In this document: positions 10,044 to 23,069 of the stretch, piece after piece | Numbering within the stretch: the first letter of the stretch is position 1 | Layout: the number at the start of each line of letters is the position of its first letter | NCBI GenBank assembly: GCA_963822585.1 | Contig: CAWGIE010000008.1 | Coordinates: forward strand, 1-64,000 | DNA from: an uncultured bacterium | GTDB lineage: Bacteria > Auribacterota > Erginobacteria > Erginobacterales > Erginobacteraceae | Length of the DNA stretch: 64,000 nucleotides | Direction of reading: 5' to 3' | The notes under the pieces: generated by a model | What the model was told of the DNA's origin: nothing | Seen by the model: only the letters and a program-made list of their open reading frames with translations | Database searches by the model: none | Position numbers and translations under genes: made by a program

Positions 10044-10721
10044 ATGCCTTTTTCCCAGATACTGATATTTTTACCGGTACTGCTTTTTTCGGTGATCGTT
10101 CATGAGATCGCCCACGGCTGGGTGGCCCTCAAGTGCGGTGATCCGACCGCCCGGGATGCGGGTCGGCTGACCTTCAACCCCATCCCGCACATCGATCCCT
10201 TCATGACCATCCTTCTCCCCTTGCTTTTGATCATCTCTCACGCGGGGTTCGTGTTCGGGGGCGCCCGGCCGGTGCCGGTCAACCCCTATCTCTTCCGGAG
10301 GGGGGAAAAGGACAATCTTCTGGTTTCGCTCGCGGGGGTCGGCGCCAATCTGCTTTTGGCGGGCTGCGCGTTTCTCCTGTCCCTCCTCAGCGCGATTGTT
10401 TATAGACAGACAGGGGGGGCGGTAGTGTTGGCGGTCCTGAATTTCTTCAACGTTATTATTTTTCTTAACCTCGTTCTCGCTAATTTCAATCTTCTCCCGA
10501 TCCCTCCTCTCGATGGTTCCCATGTCCTGGCTTATTTTTTAAAGGGCGAAGCCAAGATCGCTTATCTAAGATTGAGCCGGTACGGTTTTATGATCCTGAT
10601 CGGCATTATTATTCTGGGAGACAGGCTTCCGATCAGGGGAGGGGTCTTCTCCCTGCTGCTGGGGCCAAGTTTCTCCTTACTGGACGCCGTGGCCGGTATC
10701 CAGACATCTTTGCTGAGATGA
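10044..10721 (+). CDS. Site-2 protease family (M50) membrane metalloprotease
   Basis: HEIAH zinc motif and NLLPIPPLDG. Confidence 0.95.
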   Translation: MPFSQILIFLPVLLFSVIVHEIAHGWVALKCGDPTARDAGRLTFNPIPHIDPFMTILLPLLLIISHAGFVFGGARPVPVNPYLFRRGEKDNLLVSLAGVGANLLLAGCAFLLSLLSAIVYRQTGGAVVLAVLNFFNVIIFLNLVLANFNLLPIPPLDGSHVLAYFLKGEAKIAYLRLSRYGFMILIGIIILGDRLPIRGGVFSLLLGPSFSLLDAVAGIQTSLLR

Positions 10722-10746
10722 CGGCTTGGAGAGATTTTCAAGCGAT

Positions 10747-12483
10747 ATGATCTGGCGTTTTCAGCCCGTTGACGAAAAAAAGGCCCAAGGTTTAGCAGGA
10801 TCTCTGGGAATCTCGCTCCCCCTGGCCCGGCTTTTGATCGGAAGGGGATATGAAAACGAGGAAAACGCCCGCCGTTTTCTTTCCCCTCATCCCTCCCAGC
10901 TGCGCGATCCCTATCTTCTGACGGACATGAAGAAGGCGGTCGAGCGGACGCGGAGGGCGATCGAGGAGAAAGAGAAAATCTTCGTTTTCGGCGATTACGA
11001 CGTCGACGGGGTGACCTCGATCGCCATCCTTTCCGCGCTGCTCGACGCCGCCGGCGTTCCCTACCGGACGTATCAGCCCAACCGGCTTCGGGAGGGATAC
11101 GGCCTGAGCCGGGAAGGAGTGGACCGGGCCCTTGAGTACGGCGCCTCTCTTCTCTTCGCCCTCGACTGCGGCACGGAAGCACAGGAAGAGATCGCCTTCG
11201 CCCGGAGCCGGGGGCTGGACGTGATTGTGATCGATCACCATAAACAGAAAGGACCGCTGCCCGAGGCCGTCGCTATCCTGAACCCGAATCGTTCCGATTG
11301 CTCCTACCCCTTCAAAGGCCTGGCCGCGGCCGGGGTGGTCTTCAAATTCCTCCACGGCGGTCTCACCCGGTGGTCGGTTTCCGTGGACTGGGAGCGTCTT
11401 TATCAACTGGCCGCCCTGGGGACCGTCGCCGATGTGACCCCTCTGGTGGACGAGAACCGGGTGCTGGTCGCGGCCGGGCTTCATTTCCTGGAAAGGAGAC
11501 CTGACCCCCCGCTGCGGGCGCTGTTGGAGGTTGCCGGGTTCACTTCCGGCCCCGTGACCGCGGGTCAGCTTGCTTTCCAGATCGCTCCCCGTCTCAACGC
11601 CGCCGGGCGGATGGGGAAAGCGGAACTGGGGCGGGAGCTCTTAGCCGCCCGGGACCGGCGGAAGATGCGGGACCTGGCGGGAGCCCTGAACCGGCTGAAC
11701 CGGGAGCGCCGTTCCCTCCAGGCCGCGATCCTCGCCACCGCCGGAGAAAAGATTGAGGCGGAGAGGGAAAAATATCTCGGCAACGCCATCGTCGTTGAGG
11801 GAGAGGGGTGGAACAAGGGGATTGTCGGCATCGTCGCCTCAAAGATTCAGGAGAAGTATTACCGTCCGACCGTGGTGATCGCGCTGGAAGGGGAGAGCGG
11901 TACCGGCTCCGCCCGCTCCATCCCCGGGTTTGATCTCTTCGCGGCGGTCAGCCGCTGCGCGGAATGCCTGACCGCCTTCGGCGGCCATCAGGCCGCCGCC
12001 GGGATCAAGATCGAGCGGGGAAGGATAGATGATTTCCGCCGGCGGCTGAACAGGGTCGCCGGAGAGATGCTGGGGGAGGGAGGAGCGGTACCCGAGCTGG
12101 AGATTGACGCCGGGATCGAACTCGAGGAGGCTACCCTCGATCTGGCCGGGGAGCTGGCCCGGCTGGAACCCTTCGGACAGGGCAATCGCCGCCCGATCTT
12201 CTCCACCGCCGCCCTCACCCTGGCCGGCGCCCCGGCCGTTATCGGGAAAAAAAACAGCCACCTGAAGATCCGGGTGGCCGGGAAAAGCGATACCCGGGAG
12301 TGTGTGGGATGGGAGATGGCTCATCGGAGAGCCGACCTTGGCGCCGGCTCAATCGATATCGCTTTTCAGATCAAGGAAGACACCTTCCGGGATCGCCGTC
12401 GTGTTCAGCTGGTTTTGAAGGACTTCCACCCTTCATTTTCAGGTGCCGCCCCGGGGGCGGGACCTGAAAATGAAGAATGTTGA
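10747..12483 (+). CDS. recJ: Single-stranded-DNA-specific exonuclease RecJ
   Basis: GDYDVDG, DCG, DHH, APRLNAAGR, GSARS, GGH, LEPFGQGN motifs. Confidence 0.97.
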   Translation: MIWRFQPVDEKKAQGLAGSLGISLPLARLLIGRGYENEENARRFLSPHPSQLRDPYLLTDMKKAVERTRRAIEEKEKIFVFGDYDVDGVTSIAILSALLDAAGVPYRTYQPNRLREGYGLSREGVDRALEYGASLLFALDCGTEAQEEIAFARSRGLDVIVIDHHKQKGPLPEAVAILNPNRSDCSYPFKGLAAAGVVFKFLHGGLTRWSVSVDWERLYQLAALGTVADVTPLVDENRVLVAAGLHFLERRPDPPLRALLEVAGFTSGPVTAGQLAFQIAPRLNAAGRMGKAELGRELLAARDRRKMRDLAGALNRLNRERRSLQAAILATAGEKIEAEREKYLGNAIVVEGEGWNKGIVGIVASKIQEKYYRPTVVIALEGESGTGSARSIPGFDLFAAVSRCAECLTAFGGHQAAAGIKIERGRIDDFRRRLNRVAGEMLGEGGAVPELEIDAGIELEEATLDLAGELARLEPFGQGNRRPIFSTAALTLAGAPAVIGKKNSHLKIRVAGKSDTRECVGWEMAHRRADLGAGSIDIAFQIKEDTFRDRRRVQLVLKDFHPSFSGAAPGAGPENEEC

Positions 12484-12509
12484 TTCGATTAAACATAATG
12501 GGGGCATTC

Positions 12510-13307
12510 ATGATGAACCTGATAGACTGCCACGCCCATCTTAACGAGTTCAGCGAAATCGAGGGCATGCTGGCCCGGGCGGTTGCGTCCGGGGTCGTCG
12601 GCATACTCGGCGTCGGCATCAACACCGCCACCAGCCGGAAGATCCGGGAGATCTCGCGGACCTATTCTGCGCCCCGGATAGCGCCGTCGGCCGGTCTCTA
12701 TCCCGATGAAGTCACGGAGGCTGAAATCGGGACCATCCTGGAACTGATCGATCGGGAACATTCAGCTCTGGCGGCGCTGGGTGAGATCGGGCTCGATTAC
12801 TGGGTCCGGCCCCTGCGTAAAAAACAGCCGGGTCGGGAACGGATCAAGGCGCTCCAGCAGGAAGCCTTCCGCCTGCAGCTCAGGAAGGCCCGGCAGTATT
12901 CTCTGGTGCCGGTCGTACACAGCCGCGGGGCCTGGTCGGACTGTTTCCGTCTGGTCGAGGAGGAGGGTCTGGAGCGGGCCGTCTTCCACTGGTATACCGG
13001 TCCGCTGGACGTGCTGCAAAAAATCCTGGCCGCGGGTTATCACCTTTCGGCCACGCCGGCGACGGCCTACAGCCCGCAGCTCCGGGCCGTTCTGGAAGCC
13101 GCCCCCCTGGAGAAGATCATCCTGGAGACGGACTGCCCGGTACCCCGGTGGGAAGGGGAGGAAAGGATCCGGACCGAACCGGCCGACGTCCGCTACTCTT
13201 TGCAGGCACTGGCGGAACTGAAGCATCTCCCGGAAGAGGAAGTAGCCTGTATAACTACGCGCAATGCAGAAAATTTATTTGATGGTTTATTTATTCATAA
13301 AAAATAA
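12510..13307 (+). CDS. TatD-family hydrolase
   Basis: DCHAH, GEIGLDY, VHSR, FHW, LETDCP motifs. Confidence 0.93.
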   Translation: MMNLIDCHAHLNEFSEIEGMLARAVASGVVGILGVGINTATSRKIREISRTYSAPRIAPSAGLYPDEVTEAEIGTILELIDREHSALAALGEIGLDYWVRPLRKKQPGRERIKALQQEAFRLQLRKARQYSLVPVVHSRGAWSDCFRLVEEEGLERAVFHWYTGPLDVLQKILAAGYHLSATPATAYSPQLRAVLEAAPLEKIILETDCPVPRWEGEERIRTEPADVRYSLQALAELKHLPEEEVACITTRNAENLFDGLFIHKK

Positions 13308-13325
13308 GAAACACCGGATAACAGA

Positions 13326-13557
13326 CAAATAACAAACAACAAGCACCAAATAACAAACAAATACCAATGACCAAAATCCCAAATCTCAAACATTGCCCGG
13401 TCCACGGCTTTAAACCCCATGAATCAACCGAGTTCCCGCTCGCGTTAGGGCATTATTAATATTACCCGGGAGGAATGGCGTCTCGCCGGCCGGTTTGGAA
13501 TTTTGGTCATTGTGATTTGTAATTTGTTTGTTATTTGGTGCTTGTTATTTGTGATTT
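13326..13557. repeat. Inverted CAAAT-rich tandem element, family 3
   Basis: Left arm ...caagcaccaaataacaaacaaat...aatgaccaaaatcccaaa; ~100 bp spacer; right arm tttggaattttggtcatt...atttgtttgttatttggtgcttg. Confidence 0.88.
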
Positions 13558-13586
13558 CGTTTTTGGTTGAAATTGTTTGATCTTCA

Positions 13587-14798
13587 ATGAACTCAGAATC
13601 TCCCCAGCGGCTTTACACTGCCGAATTTCTAAAGGTGACCGTGGTCATGTTCCTGATCATGACCACCATGACCATGTTCCTTCTCCTTCCCCTGCTGATC
13701 GAGCGGATGGGGGGCGACGCGGCGGATATCGGACTGGTCATGGGGATGACCCCGCTGGGCGCCGTGATCAGCCGGATCTTCTGGGGCCGGTGGATGGACC
13801 TGGCGGGTCGGAAGAAAATACTTATTCTCAGCACCGTGCTCAACACGGCCGCGGTCCTGCTTTTTCTCACCATCCGCGGGGTGGGGATCCTGATTGTCTC
13901 GCTCCGTCTTCTGCAGGGCCTCGCGCTGGGAGGGAACATCACCGCGGTCTGGACGATCATCGCCGATATCACGCCTCCCCGCCGCCTGGCGGAGTCATTG
14001 GGGATCTTCGGGATCGCCGGGATGCTCGCTCTGGCCTTCGGCCCCTGGGGAGGAGAACTGATCATGAACAAGTACGCTTTCCGGGGGTTGTTCATCTCCT
14101 CCGGTTTGCTCTCGCTTCTCGCCGTCCTGGTATCCCTGCGGGTCCGGGAGAGTCGGCCGGTCTCAATATGCGATTCGATCACCCCTTCCTACCGGAAGAT
14201 GCTGAGGGGCGGGGTGATGCCTGTCTTGCTGGTCACCTTCGCCTTCGCCGTCAGCCGCAGCGCTTTCGCCTCTTTCTTCGCCGAGTACTCCCGTCTCCAG
14301 CAGATCGGCTCGATCGGTATTTTTTCTCTCATTTATTCCGCCACGACGATCGGCTTCCGTCTTCTGGCCGGCAGACTCCCCGACCGGATCGGGCGCAGCC
14401 GGGTCCTTATTCCGGCACTGATCGTCTTCGGAACAGGGATCGCCCTGATCGCCTTCATCCGGTCCTGGCCCCTCTTCATTCTCTCCGCGTTTCTCTGCGG
14501 TCTGGGGCATTGTTTTCTTTACCCGGTCCTGAACGCCCTGGTCATCCAGAAGGTGCACTCCTGCACCCGGGGCACCGCCACCGGTCTTTTCATCAACTGC
14601 TTTGACGGAGGGATCGGAGCCGGCTCGCTGCTCTGGGGACTGACGGCCCAGCTTGGCGGGTACCACCTGATGTATATCCTGGGTGGAGCGACCGCTGTTT
14701 TAGGCATTTGGGGAGTAGGTAATTTATTCAGAAAAGAAGTTGCCGAGAAGAGCAATCAGCCGGTTACCGGTCATCATGGCGGGGGGGGAGTCGGCTAA
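13587..14798 (+). CDS. MFS transporter
   Basis: About 12 TM helices; motif A twice (GRWMDLAGRKK; GRLPDRIGRSR). Confidence 0.93.
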   Translation: MNSESPQRLYTAEFLKVTVVMFLIMTTMTMFLLLPLLIERMGGDAADIGLVMGMTPLGAVISRIFWGRWMDLAGRKKILILSTVLNTAAVLLFLTIRGVGILIVSLRLLQGLALGGNITAVWTIIADITPPRRLAESLGIFGIAGMLALAFGPWGGELIMNKYAFRGLFISSGLLSLLAVLVSLRVRESRPVSICDSITPSYRKMLRGGVMPVLLVTFAFAVSRSAFASFFAEYSRLQQIGSIGIFSLIYSATTIGFRLLAGRLPDRIGRSRVLIPALIVFGTGIALIAFIRSWPLFILSAFLCGLGHCFLYPVLNALVIQKVHSCTRGTATGLFINCFDGGIGAGSLLWGLTAQLGGYHLMYILGGATAVLGIWGVGNLFRKEVAEKSNQPVTGHHGGGGVG

Positions 14799-14865
14799 GG
14801 GTCTACCCGAGGTAATTCCGGCCGCCGGCTCATCAGCGGGGCCTCTTCATCCCGGGGAAGGTGAC

Positions 14866-16209
14866 TCAAGATTTATGGACCCCGAGTGACCTCTCTACCC
14901 GGTCCCTGATCTTGTCCAGTTTTTCGCGTTTTTCCGTCTCCGCCATGAACCGTACCACCGGCTCGGTGTTGGAGGGGCGGACATTCAGCCAGAAATCCGG
15001 GCCTCTGATGGTCACCCCGTCCGTGTAATCCGGCTCTCCGCCGTCCTTTTGGAACTCCCGGGCGATTTGCCTCACCGCGGCGTCTTTATCCGGGACCTCG
15101 TAATTGATCTCTCCGGTGGAACAGTACTTCCGGAGAGGATGCCAGAGTTCGGAAAGCGGCCGGCCGGCGGCGGTCAGAATCTCCAGAAGCCGGGCGGTGG
15201 TCAGGCTCGATGATTCGGAAAAATAATTTTCCCGGAAGTAATAATGGCCGGCGATATCCCCTCCGAATACGGCGTCCGTCTCCCGCATCTTGCCCTTGAT
15301 GTACGAATGGCCGACCCGGCTGCTGATCATGACCCCTCCCCTTTGCCGGATGTACTCTGCCACCGCCCGGCTGCTTCGGAAATCCATCACGATCGTCGCC
15401 CCGGGATACCTCGATAGATAGTAACCGGCCAAAAGCGCCGCCAGGAAGTCGTTGGGGATGAACTCCCCGGTCTCGTCAACGACGGCGGTCCGGTCGGCAT
15501 CGCCGTCGAAGATAAATCCGGCGGCCGCCCGTCCGGCCCGGACGCGCTCGACCAGTTCCCGGCGGCTCTCTTCCAGCAGGGGGTTGGGGCTGTGATGAGG
15601 GAAGGCCCCGTCCAGCTCCTCGTTGAAGAGGTCCACCTGAAGAGGGAGATCCCGGAAGACGGCCGGGAATTCCAGGCCGGCCATACCGTTGCCGCAATCA
15701 ACGGCGATCGGGAAAGGCGCGATCTTTCCGACCAGACTCCGGATATGCCGACCGTAGTCGTCCGCGGTGCTCTCCCGGGTGGAGAGGGTCCCTTCTTTCC
15801 GTTGCCGCGGCGGCAAGGACATCCCCTCCCGCAGGCGGTTCAAGCCGTTCTCGTATGCGATCGGAATGCTCCCGGGACCGACGAACTTCATCCCGATATA
15901 TTCGGGGGGATTATGGGAAGCCGTTACCTGGATCCCGCCGGCATATCCGTATTTCCCGACGGCAAAGTAATGCATGCAGGTGGAGAGTACGCCCAGGTCG
16001 ACTACGTCGCTGCCCGCCGCCAGCAGTCCCCTGACCAGGGCTTTTTTAATGGCGGGAGCGGAGAGGCGCATATCCCGGCTTACCCCGATTGGTCCCCGGG
16101 GGAAAAGGATGGGGGAGGTGAGCCCGATCCGGTACGCCGCTTCCTCGTCGATTTCTCCGGGATACTTTCCCCGGATATCATACGCTTTGAATATTTTCTC
16201 CAGGAGCAA
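14866..16209 (-). CDS. Phosphomannomutase/phosphoglucomutase (alpha-D-phosphohexomutase)
   Basis: FKAYDIRG, TASHNP, DGDADR motifs; start uncertain (TTG 16209 chosen; ORF is open to 16299). Confidence 0.93.
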   Translation of the reverse strand: MLLEKIFKAYDIRGKYPGEIDEEAAYRIGLTSPILFPRGPIGVSRDMRLSAPAIKKALVRGLLAAGSDVVDLGVLSTCMHYFAVGKYGYAGGIQVTASHNPPEYIGMKFVGPGSIPIAYENGLNRLREGMSLPPRQRKEGTLSTRESTADDYGRHIRSLVGKIAPFPIAVDCGNGMAGLEFPAVFRDLPLQVDLFNEELDGAFPHHSPNPLLEESRRELVERVRAGRAAAGFIFDGDADRTAVVDETGEFIPNDFLAALLAGYYLSRYPGATIVMDFRSSRAVAEYIRQRGGVMISSRVGHSYIKGKMRETDAVFGGDIAGHYYFRENYFSESSSLTTARLLEILTAAGRPLSELWHPLRKYCSTGEINYEVPDKDAAVRQIAREFQKDGGEPDYTDGVTIRGPDFWLNVRPSNTEPVVRFMAETEKREKLDKIRDRVERSLGVHKS

Positions 16210-16588
16210 AATGGCGGACCCCGTTACCTTGAATGGACAAATAGGTCGTGTAATAATTCCTCTTATCGCCGGGAGGCCAACCGTTGCTGCTCTGGGCACT
16301 CAGGCCGCCGGCAGAGATGCCGTCGCCGTCCTTGGGCCACTTTTGGCTTCCCTATCTGATAGTAGCATGACCGGGCCTTTTTTTGTCAATAGCAATAGCC
16401 GTGGCGGATTGCTATACTATCATTTCAGGATTTCAATGACTGTCACAATACTAAACAACGGACCGGCCGCAGCGATTCTTTTAACTTTAGGCACTTTAGG
16501 CACTTTGAACTTTAGGCACTTAAAAACGTTGCCCGAGCCCCAATACATCCAGGTAGACTGCGCGAGGGTTACGTTCTAAAGATACTGA

Positions 16589-19483
16589 GTGAATCCAATG
16601 AAGCACGACCCATCAGAAAAGATCATTATCCGGGGAGCGCGGCAGCATAACCTGAAAGGGATCAATCTGGAGATTCCGCGCCGGCGCCTGGTGGTGATCA
16701 CCGGCCTCTCCGGGTCCGGAAAGTCCTCCCTGGCTTTTGATACCATTTATGCCGAAGGGCAACGACGGTACGTGGAGAGTCTCTCCGCGTACGCCCGACA
16801 GTTCCTGGAGCAGATGCAGAAGCCGCATGTCGAATCGATCGAGGGGCTTTCCCCGGCAATCGCGATTGAACAGCGGAAAGCCGGCTCCAACCCCCGCTCG
16901 ACCGTGGGAACGGTAACCGAGATCTATGATTATCTCCGTCTTCTCTATGCCCGGGTCGGCATTCCTCACTGTTATCTTTGTGGTCGGGAAATCAGCCGGC
17001 AGACGGTGCAGGAGATTGTGGACCGGGTACTGTCATTTCCGGAGGGGATGAAAATCCAGATCCTGGCCCCGGTGATCCGGGGTCGGAAAGGCGAGCATCG
17101 CGACGTTCTGGAAAATATCGCCCGCCAGGGATTTGTCCGGGTCCGGGTGGACGGCGAGACCATGAATCTGGACGAGTCAATCGAGTTGGCCAGGAACGTC
17201 AAGCACGACATCGAAGTAGTGGTGGACCGTCTGGCGGTGAAGAAGGATATCCGGGAACGGCTGACCGATTCCGTCGAGACCGCCCTGATGCTGGGGATGG
17301 ACCTGATCCTGATACATTGCGGTGCTCCCTGGGAGAAAGACGTGGTCTTCAGCCGGCGCTACGCCTGCGTGGAGTGCGGGGTCAGTTTCGAGGAACTCTC
17401 CCCCCGGATGTTTTCCTTTAACAGCCCGTACGGGGCCTGTCCAACCTGTTCCGGCCTCGGCACCACCATGGAGATAGATCCCGAACTGGTCATCCCCGAC
17501 CGGGATAAGTCAATCTCCGAAGGAGCGATTATCCCCTGGAGCAACCCGATCACCACCCGCCGGCACCGCTGGAAAGGCGCCGCCTCCCGGTATTACTATA
17601 CCATGCTGGAGGCGGTCGCCCGTGAGTATGGATTCGATCTCGATACTCCTTTTAAAGATCTGACTCCCCGGCAGAAAAAGGCGGTGCTCTACGGGACCGG
17701 TTCCCGTGAGATCAGAATGGAATGGGAGAGAGCCGGCCGCTATCAGGTGAAAAACGCGCCCTTCGAAGGGGTGATCTCCAATCTTGACCGCCGTTATCGG
17801 CAGACGGACTCGGAGTACGTACGGGAAGAGATCTTCAGCAAATACATCACTCTGAAAACGTGTCCTGCTTGCCGGGGAGCGCGGCTGAAACCGGAAAGCC
17901 TGGCCGTCACCGTGCAGGGGCGCTCGATCATGGCGGTGACGGCTCTTCCCATCACTTCCGCTTTGGAATTTTTCCGAGAAATGAAACTTCCCGGCCGGCA
18001 GGGTATTATCGCCCGCGAGGTCGTTAAAGAGATCCGGGAGCGGTTGATGTTTCTGGTCAACGTGGGCCTGGGTTATCTGACAATGGATCGGCAGAGCGGC
18101 ACCCTCTCCGGGGGCGAAGCCCAGAGGATCCGGCTGGCAACTCAGATCGGCTCCGGGCTGGTGGGAGTTCTTTATGTGCTCGATGAACCCAGCATCGGGC
18201 TTCATCAGCGGGACAACTCACGCCTGCTCGACACTCTGAAAAAACTTCGCGATCTGGGAAATACCATTATTGTCGTCGAACATGATGAGGCGACCATCCG
18301 GGCCGCTGACTTTATCGTCGACCTCGGCCCGGGCGCCGGGGACCGGGGGGGTTACCTGGTGGCCGCCGGGACCCTGGAGGATATCCTGAATTCCCCCCGT
18401 TCGCTTTCGGGGAAATACCTGAAAGGAGAATTGAAGATCGAGACCCCGCCTTCCCGGAAGCCCCCGTCCGGAGAATTTCTGGTCATAGAGGGAGCCCGGG
18501 AGCACAATCTGAAGAACATCGAGGTCAGGATACCTCTCGGGCTCTTCTGCTGCGTGACCGGCGTCTCCGGGTCGGGGAAGTCGACCCTGGTCGAGGAGAC
18601 GCTGAGCCGTTCACTCCGCCGGCTTTTGTACCGGTCCCGGGAAGTCCCCGGTGACCATGACCGTCTATTGGGAGGGGAACTGATCGACAAGGTGATCGAT
18701 ATCGACCAGAGCCCGATCGGCCGCACTCCCCGTTCCAATCCGGCAACCTACACCGGAGTTTTCAGCCATATCCGTGAGCTTTTTTCCCGCCTCCCTCTGG
18801 CGCAAATGAGGGGCTACCGTCCGGGCCGGTTCAGTTTCAACGTGGCCGGAGGGAGATGCGAGTCCTGCAGCGGTGACGGGATCATCAAGATTGAGATGCA
18901 CTTTCTCCCCGATATCTACGTCGAGTGCGAAGTTTGCCGGGGCCGGCGGTATAACCGGGAAACGTTGGAGGTTCTCTACAAGAATAAGAGCATCGCCGAC
19001 GTTCTGGAAAGTTCCGTTGACGAGGCCCTGGAATTTTTTGCCAATGTTCCCCGGATCAAAAATAAGCTCCAGACGCTGGCCGACGTGGGGCTGGGCTATA
19101 TCAAGCTCGGCCAGGCGGCGACTACGCTCTCCGGCGGCGAGGCCCAGCGGGTGAAGCTGGCCCGGGAACTGAGTAAAAAAAGTACCGGAAGGACGGTCTA
19201 TATCCTGGATGAACCGACCACGGGACTTCACTTTGCCGATATCAGCAATCTCCTGCAGGTCCTGAAAAGGCTGACCGCCTCCGGCAACACGGTTATCGTG
19301 ATCGAACATAACCTGGATGTTATCAAAAATGCCGACTGGATCATCGACCTCGGCCCGGAAGGCGGCGAGGAGGGAGGTTATATCGTGGCCGAGGGGCCTC
19401 CGGAAAAGATTATCAGGGAAAAGAAATCCTATACCGGAAAGTTTTTGAAGAAGGCCTTGCGGGAAGGCAATGTAAAACGCTGA
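16589..19483 (+). CDS. uvrA: Excinuclease ABC subunit A
   Basis: GARQHNLK, two Walker A motifs ([16 protein letters not shown]), LSGGEAQR twice, zinc-finger Cys pairs. Confidence 0.99.
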   Translation: MNPMKHDPSEKIIIRGARQHNLKGINLEIPRRRLVVITGLSGSGKSSLAFDTIYAEGQRRYVESLSAYARQFLEQMQKPHVESIEGLSPAIAIEQRKAGSNPRSTVGTVTEIYDYLRLLYARVGIPHCYLCGREISRQTVQEIVDRVLSFPEGMKIQILAPVIRGRKGEHRDVLENIARQGFVRVRVDGETMNLDESIELARNVKHDIEVVVDRLAVKKDIRERLTDSVETALMLGMDLILIHCGAPWEKDVVFSRRYACVECGVSFEELSPRMFSFNSPYGACPTCSGLGTTMEIDPELVIPDRDKSISEGAIIPWSNPITTRRHRWKGAASRYYYTMLEAVAREYGFDLDTPFKDLTPRQKKAVLYGTGSREIRMEWERAGRYQVKNAPFEGVISNLDRRYRQTDSEYVREEIFSKYITLKTCPACRGARLKPESLAVTVQGRSIMAVTALPITSALEFFREMKLPGRQGIIAREVVKEIRERLMFLVNVGLGYLTMDRQSGTLSGGEAQRIRLATQIGSGLVGVLYVLDEPSIGLHQRDNSRLLDTLKKLRDLGNTIIVVEHDEATIRAADFIVDLGPGAGDRGGYLVAAGTLEDILNSPRSLSGKYLKGELKIETPPSRKPPSGEFLVIEGAREHNLKNIEVRIPLGLFCCVTGVSGSGKSTLVEETLSRSLRRLLYRSREVPGDHDRLLGGELIDKVIDIDQSPIGRTPRSNPATYTGVFSHIRELFSRLPLAQMRGYRPGRFSFNVAGGRCESCSGDGIIKIEMHFLPDIYVECEVCRGRRYNRETLEVLYKNKSIADVLESSVDEALEFFANVPRIKNKLQTLADVGLGYIKLGQAATTLSGGEAQRVKLARELSKKSTGRTVYILDEPTTGLHFADISNLLQVLKRLTASGNTVIVIEHNLDVIKNADWIIDLGPEGGEEGGYIVAEGPPEKIIREKKSYTGKFLKKALREGNVKR

Positions 19484-19516
19484 GTGGTTTGCCTTCCGGT
19501 AAGGATAACCATGAAA

Positions 19517-19618
19517 GGAGTGATGGAATACTGGAGTGATGGAGTGGTGGGTAAAAGCCCGGCCGGGGCCGCTCCAGTACTCCATCACTCCATCACTCCA
19601 TTACTCCATTACTCCATT
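19517..19618. repeat. Family 2 inverted octamer element
   Basis: ggagtgatggaatactggagtgatggagtggtgg ... ctccagtactccatcactccatcactccattactccattactccatt. Confidence 0.88.
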
Positions 19619-19689
19619 TTCTCCTTATATTATTTTCTGTGATTCATGGTAATATCGGATCAGCTTTGAGCCTTTAAAGGAGGAGCAAC

Positions 19690-20310
19690 ATGTCCCTTGA
19701 TCTCTTTAATCAGGGCGGCCCCCTGATGTATCTGATCCTGCTCGGCTCGGTCATCGGCCTGGCCGTTTTTCTGGAACGTCTCTTTCATCTCCACCGGGCC
19801 CGGATCGATACCGACCAGTTCATGGAAACAATCCGTGCTTTGATCCGGAAAGACGATATCAACCAGGCCATCGACCTTTGCCGGCGGACGCCGGGGCCGG
19901 TCGCTCATATCCTGTCAGCCGGTCTGGTCCGGCATACGCGCGATCGTCTGGAAATCAGGGAAGCGATCGAGGATGCGGGTGTCCATGAGGTACCCCGCCT
20001 GGAGAAGAACCTGGTTGTCCTCGCCACCGTTGCTCACGTCTCCCCGCTCCTGGGGCTTCTGGGAACGGTCGTGGGCATGATCCGGGCCTTTATGACCATC
20101 CAGGAAATGAAAGGCATGGTCAATCCTTCCGATCTGGCGGGCGGCATCTGGGAAGCTCTCCTGACCACCGCCTTCGGGCTGGTGGTGGCGATCATGGCTT
20201 ACGTGGCGTACAATTATCTGGTGGCCAAGGTGGGGAAGATGATCCTGGACATGGAGACCAGTGCCACCGAGGTCGTCAACCTCCTCTCCGACAAGAATTC
20301 TCCCGATTGA
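19690..20310 (+). CDS. MotA/TolQ/ExbB proton channel protein
   Basis: SPLLGLLGTVVGMIRAF, LAGGIWEALLTTAFGLVVAI; AGGAG RBS. Confidence 0.95.
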   Translation: MSLDLFNQGGPLMYLILLGSVIGLAVFLERLFHLHRARIDTDQFMETIRALIRKDDINQAIDLCRRTPGPVAHILSAGLVRHTRDRLEIREAIEDAGVHEVPRLEKNLVVLATVAHVSPLLGLLGTVVGMIRAFMTIQEMKGMVNPSDLAGGIWEALLTTAFGLVVAIMAYVAYNYLVAKVGKMILDMETSATEVVNLLSDKNSPD

Positions 20311-20428
20311 TTAAAACCACGAAGGACACGAAGAACACGCAGGGAAGAATAAAAATTGGTTCTCTTCCATTTCTTGTGGGCGGTTATTATACTCAAAAAG
20401 TGCGGCTAATCACATTCTGGAGCTATTT

Positions 20429-20480
20429 TGGAGTGCATTGACCGTGTCAATGCATGCAGCGACATGGTCGCTGCACTCCA
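20429..20480. repeat. REP-like palindromic element (TGGAGTGCA...TGCACTCCA)
   Basis: 9-bp terminal inverted repeat enclosing two internal hairpins. Confidence 0.65.
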
Positions 20481-20516
20481 TAAGAATCATAATTTACTCA
20501 CACAAAGCAGGTTCAC

Positions 20517-20939
20517 GTGAAGTTTAAGCGGAAGACAACGCTGGAAAGAGGAAGGCTCGATATCACGCCCTTGGTGGACGTGGTCCTCCTTCTCCTTATC
20601 TTCTTCATGCTGACCTCCAGCTTTATCACCCCGGTAGGTGTGCCGGTTGATCTTCCCGAATCCAGCGCCGCCGAGCCGCAGGAGAAGGGGAACCTGGTTA
20701 TTGTCATCTCGGAAGAAGGGGAGTTGTTCATTGATGATGAACCGGTTTCCTGGGATGCCTGCCGGCAGCGTTTGGCCTCCAGTCTGCTTGCTTCCTCCGA
20801 TAAGGTCCTGATCCTGGAGGCGGATCGTCAGACCCGCCACGGAGTGGTGGTGCGGCTGATGTCCCTGGCCCGGGAACTGGGCTGGAAACGGATGGCGATC
20901 GCCGCCCAGCCGGAAACGAATATAACAAACGAAGATTAG
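20517..20939 (+). CDS. ExbD/TolR biopolymer transport protein
   Basis: DITPLVDVVLLLLIFFML, VDLP, ADRQTRHGVVV motifs. Confidence 0.95.
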   Translation: MKFKRKTTLERGRLDITPLVDVVLLLLIFFMLTSSFITPVGVPVDLPESSAAEPQEKGNLVIVISEEGELFIDDEPVSWDACRQRLASSLLASSDKVLILEADRQTRHGVVVRLMSLARELGWKRMAIAAQPETNITNED

Positions 20940-22880
<1,941 letters not shown>

Positions 22881-23069
22881 AGTTCCCCCGCCTGTCGACC
22901 GAATTAACCGATTCAATCCCCGACGAAAAACAACCGACCAACACAGGTGAAAATCGTAAAAATCACTGATTTTTTCGAAATTTCTTTTTTTCACCTCCTT
23001 CCTGTAGTAAACTGATATTTGGTGGCAAATAACTCCCTTAATAAAATTTTTGCGGAGCAAAAATTTTAA

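Noticed and set aside
16560..16590. Possible LexA/SOS box before uvrA (cgttctaaagatac)
   Set aside because: Only a partial palindrome, and no matching site seen before recJ, radC or the AEP genes
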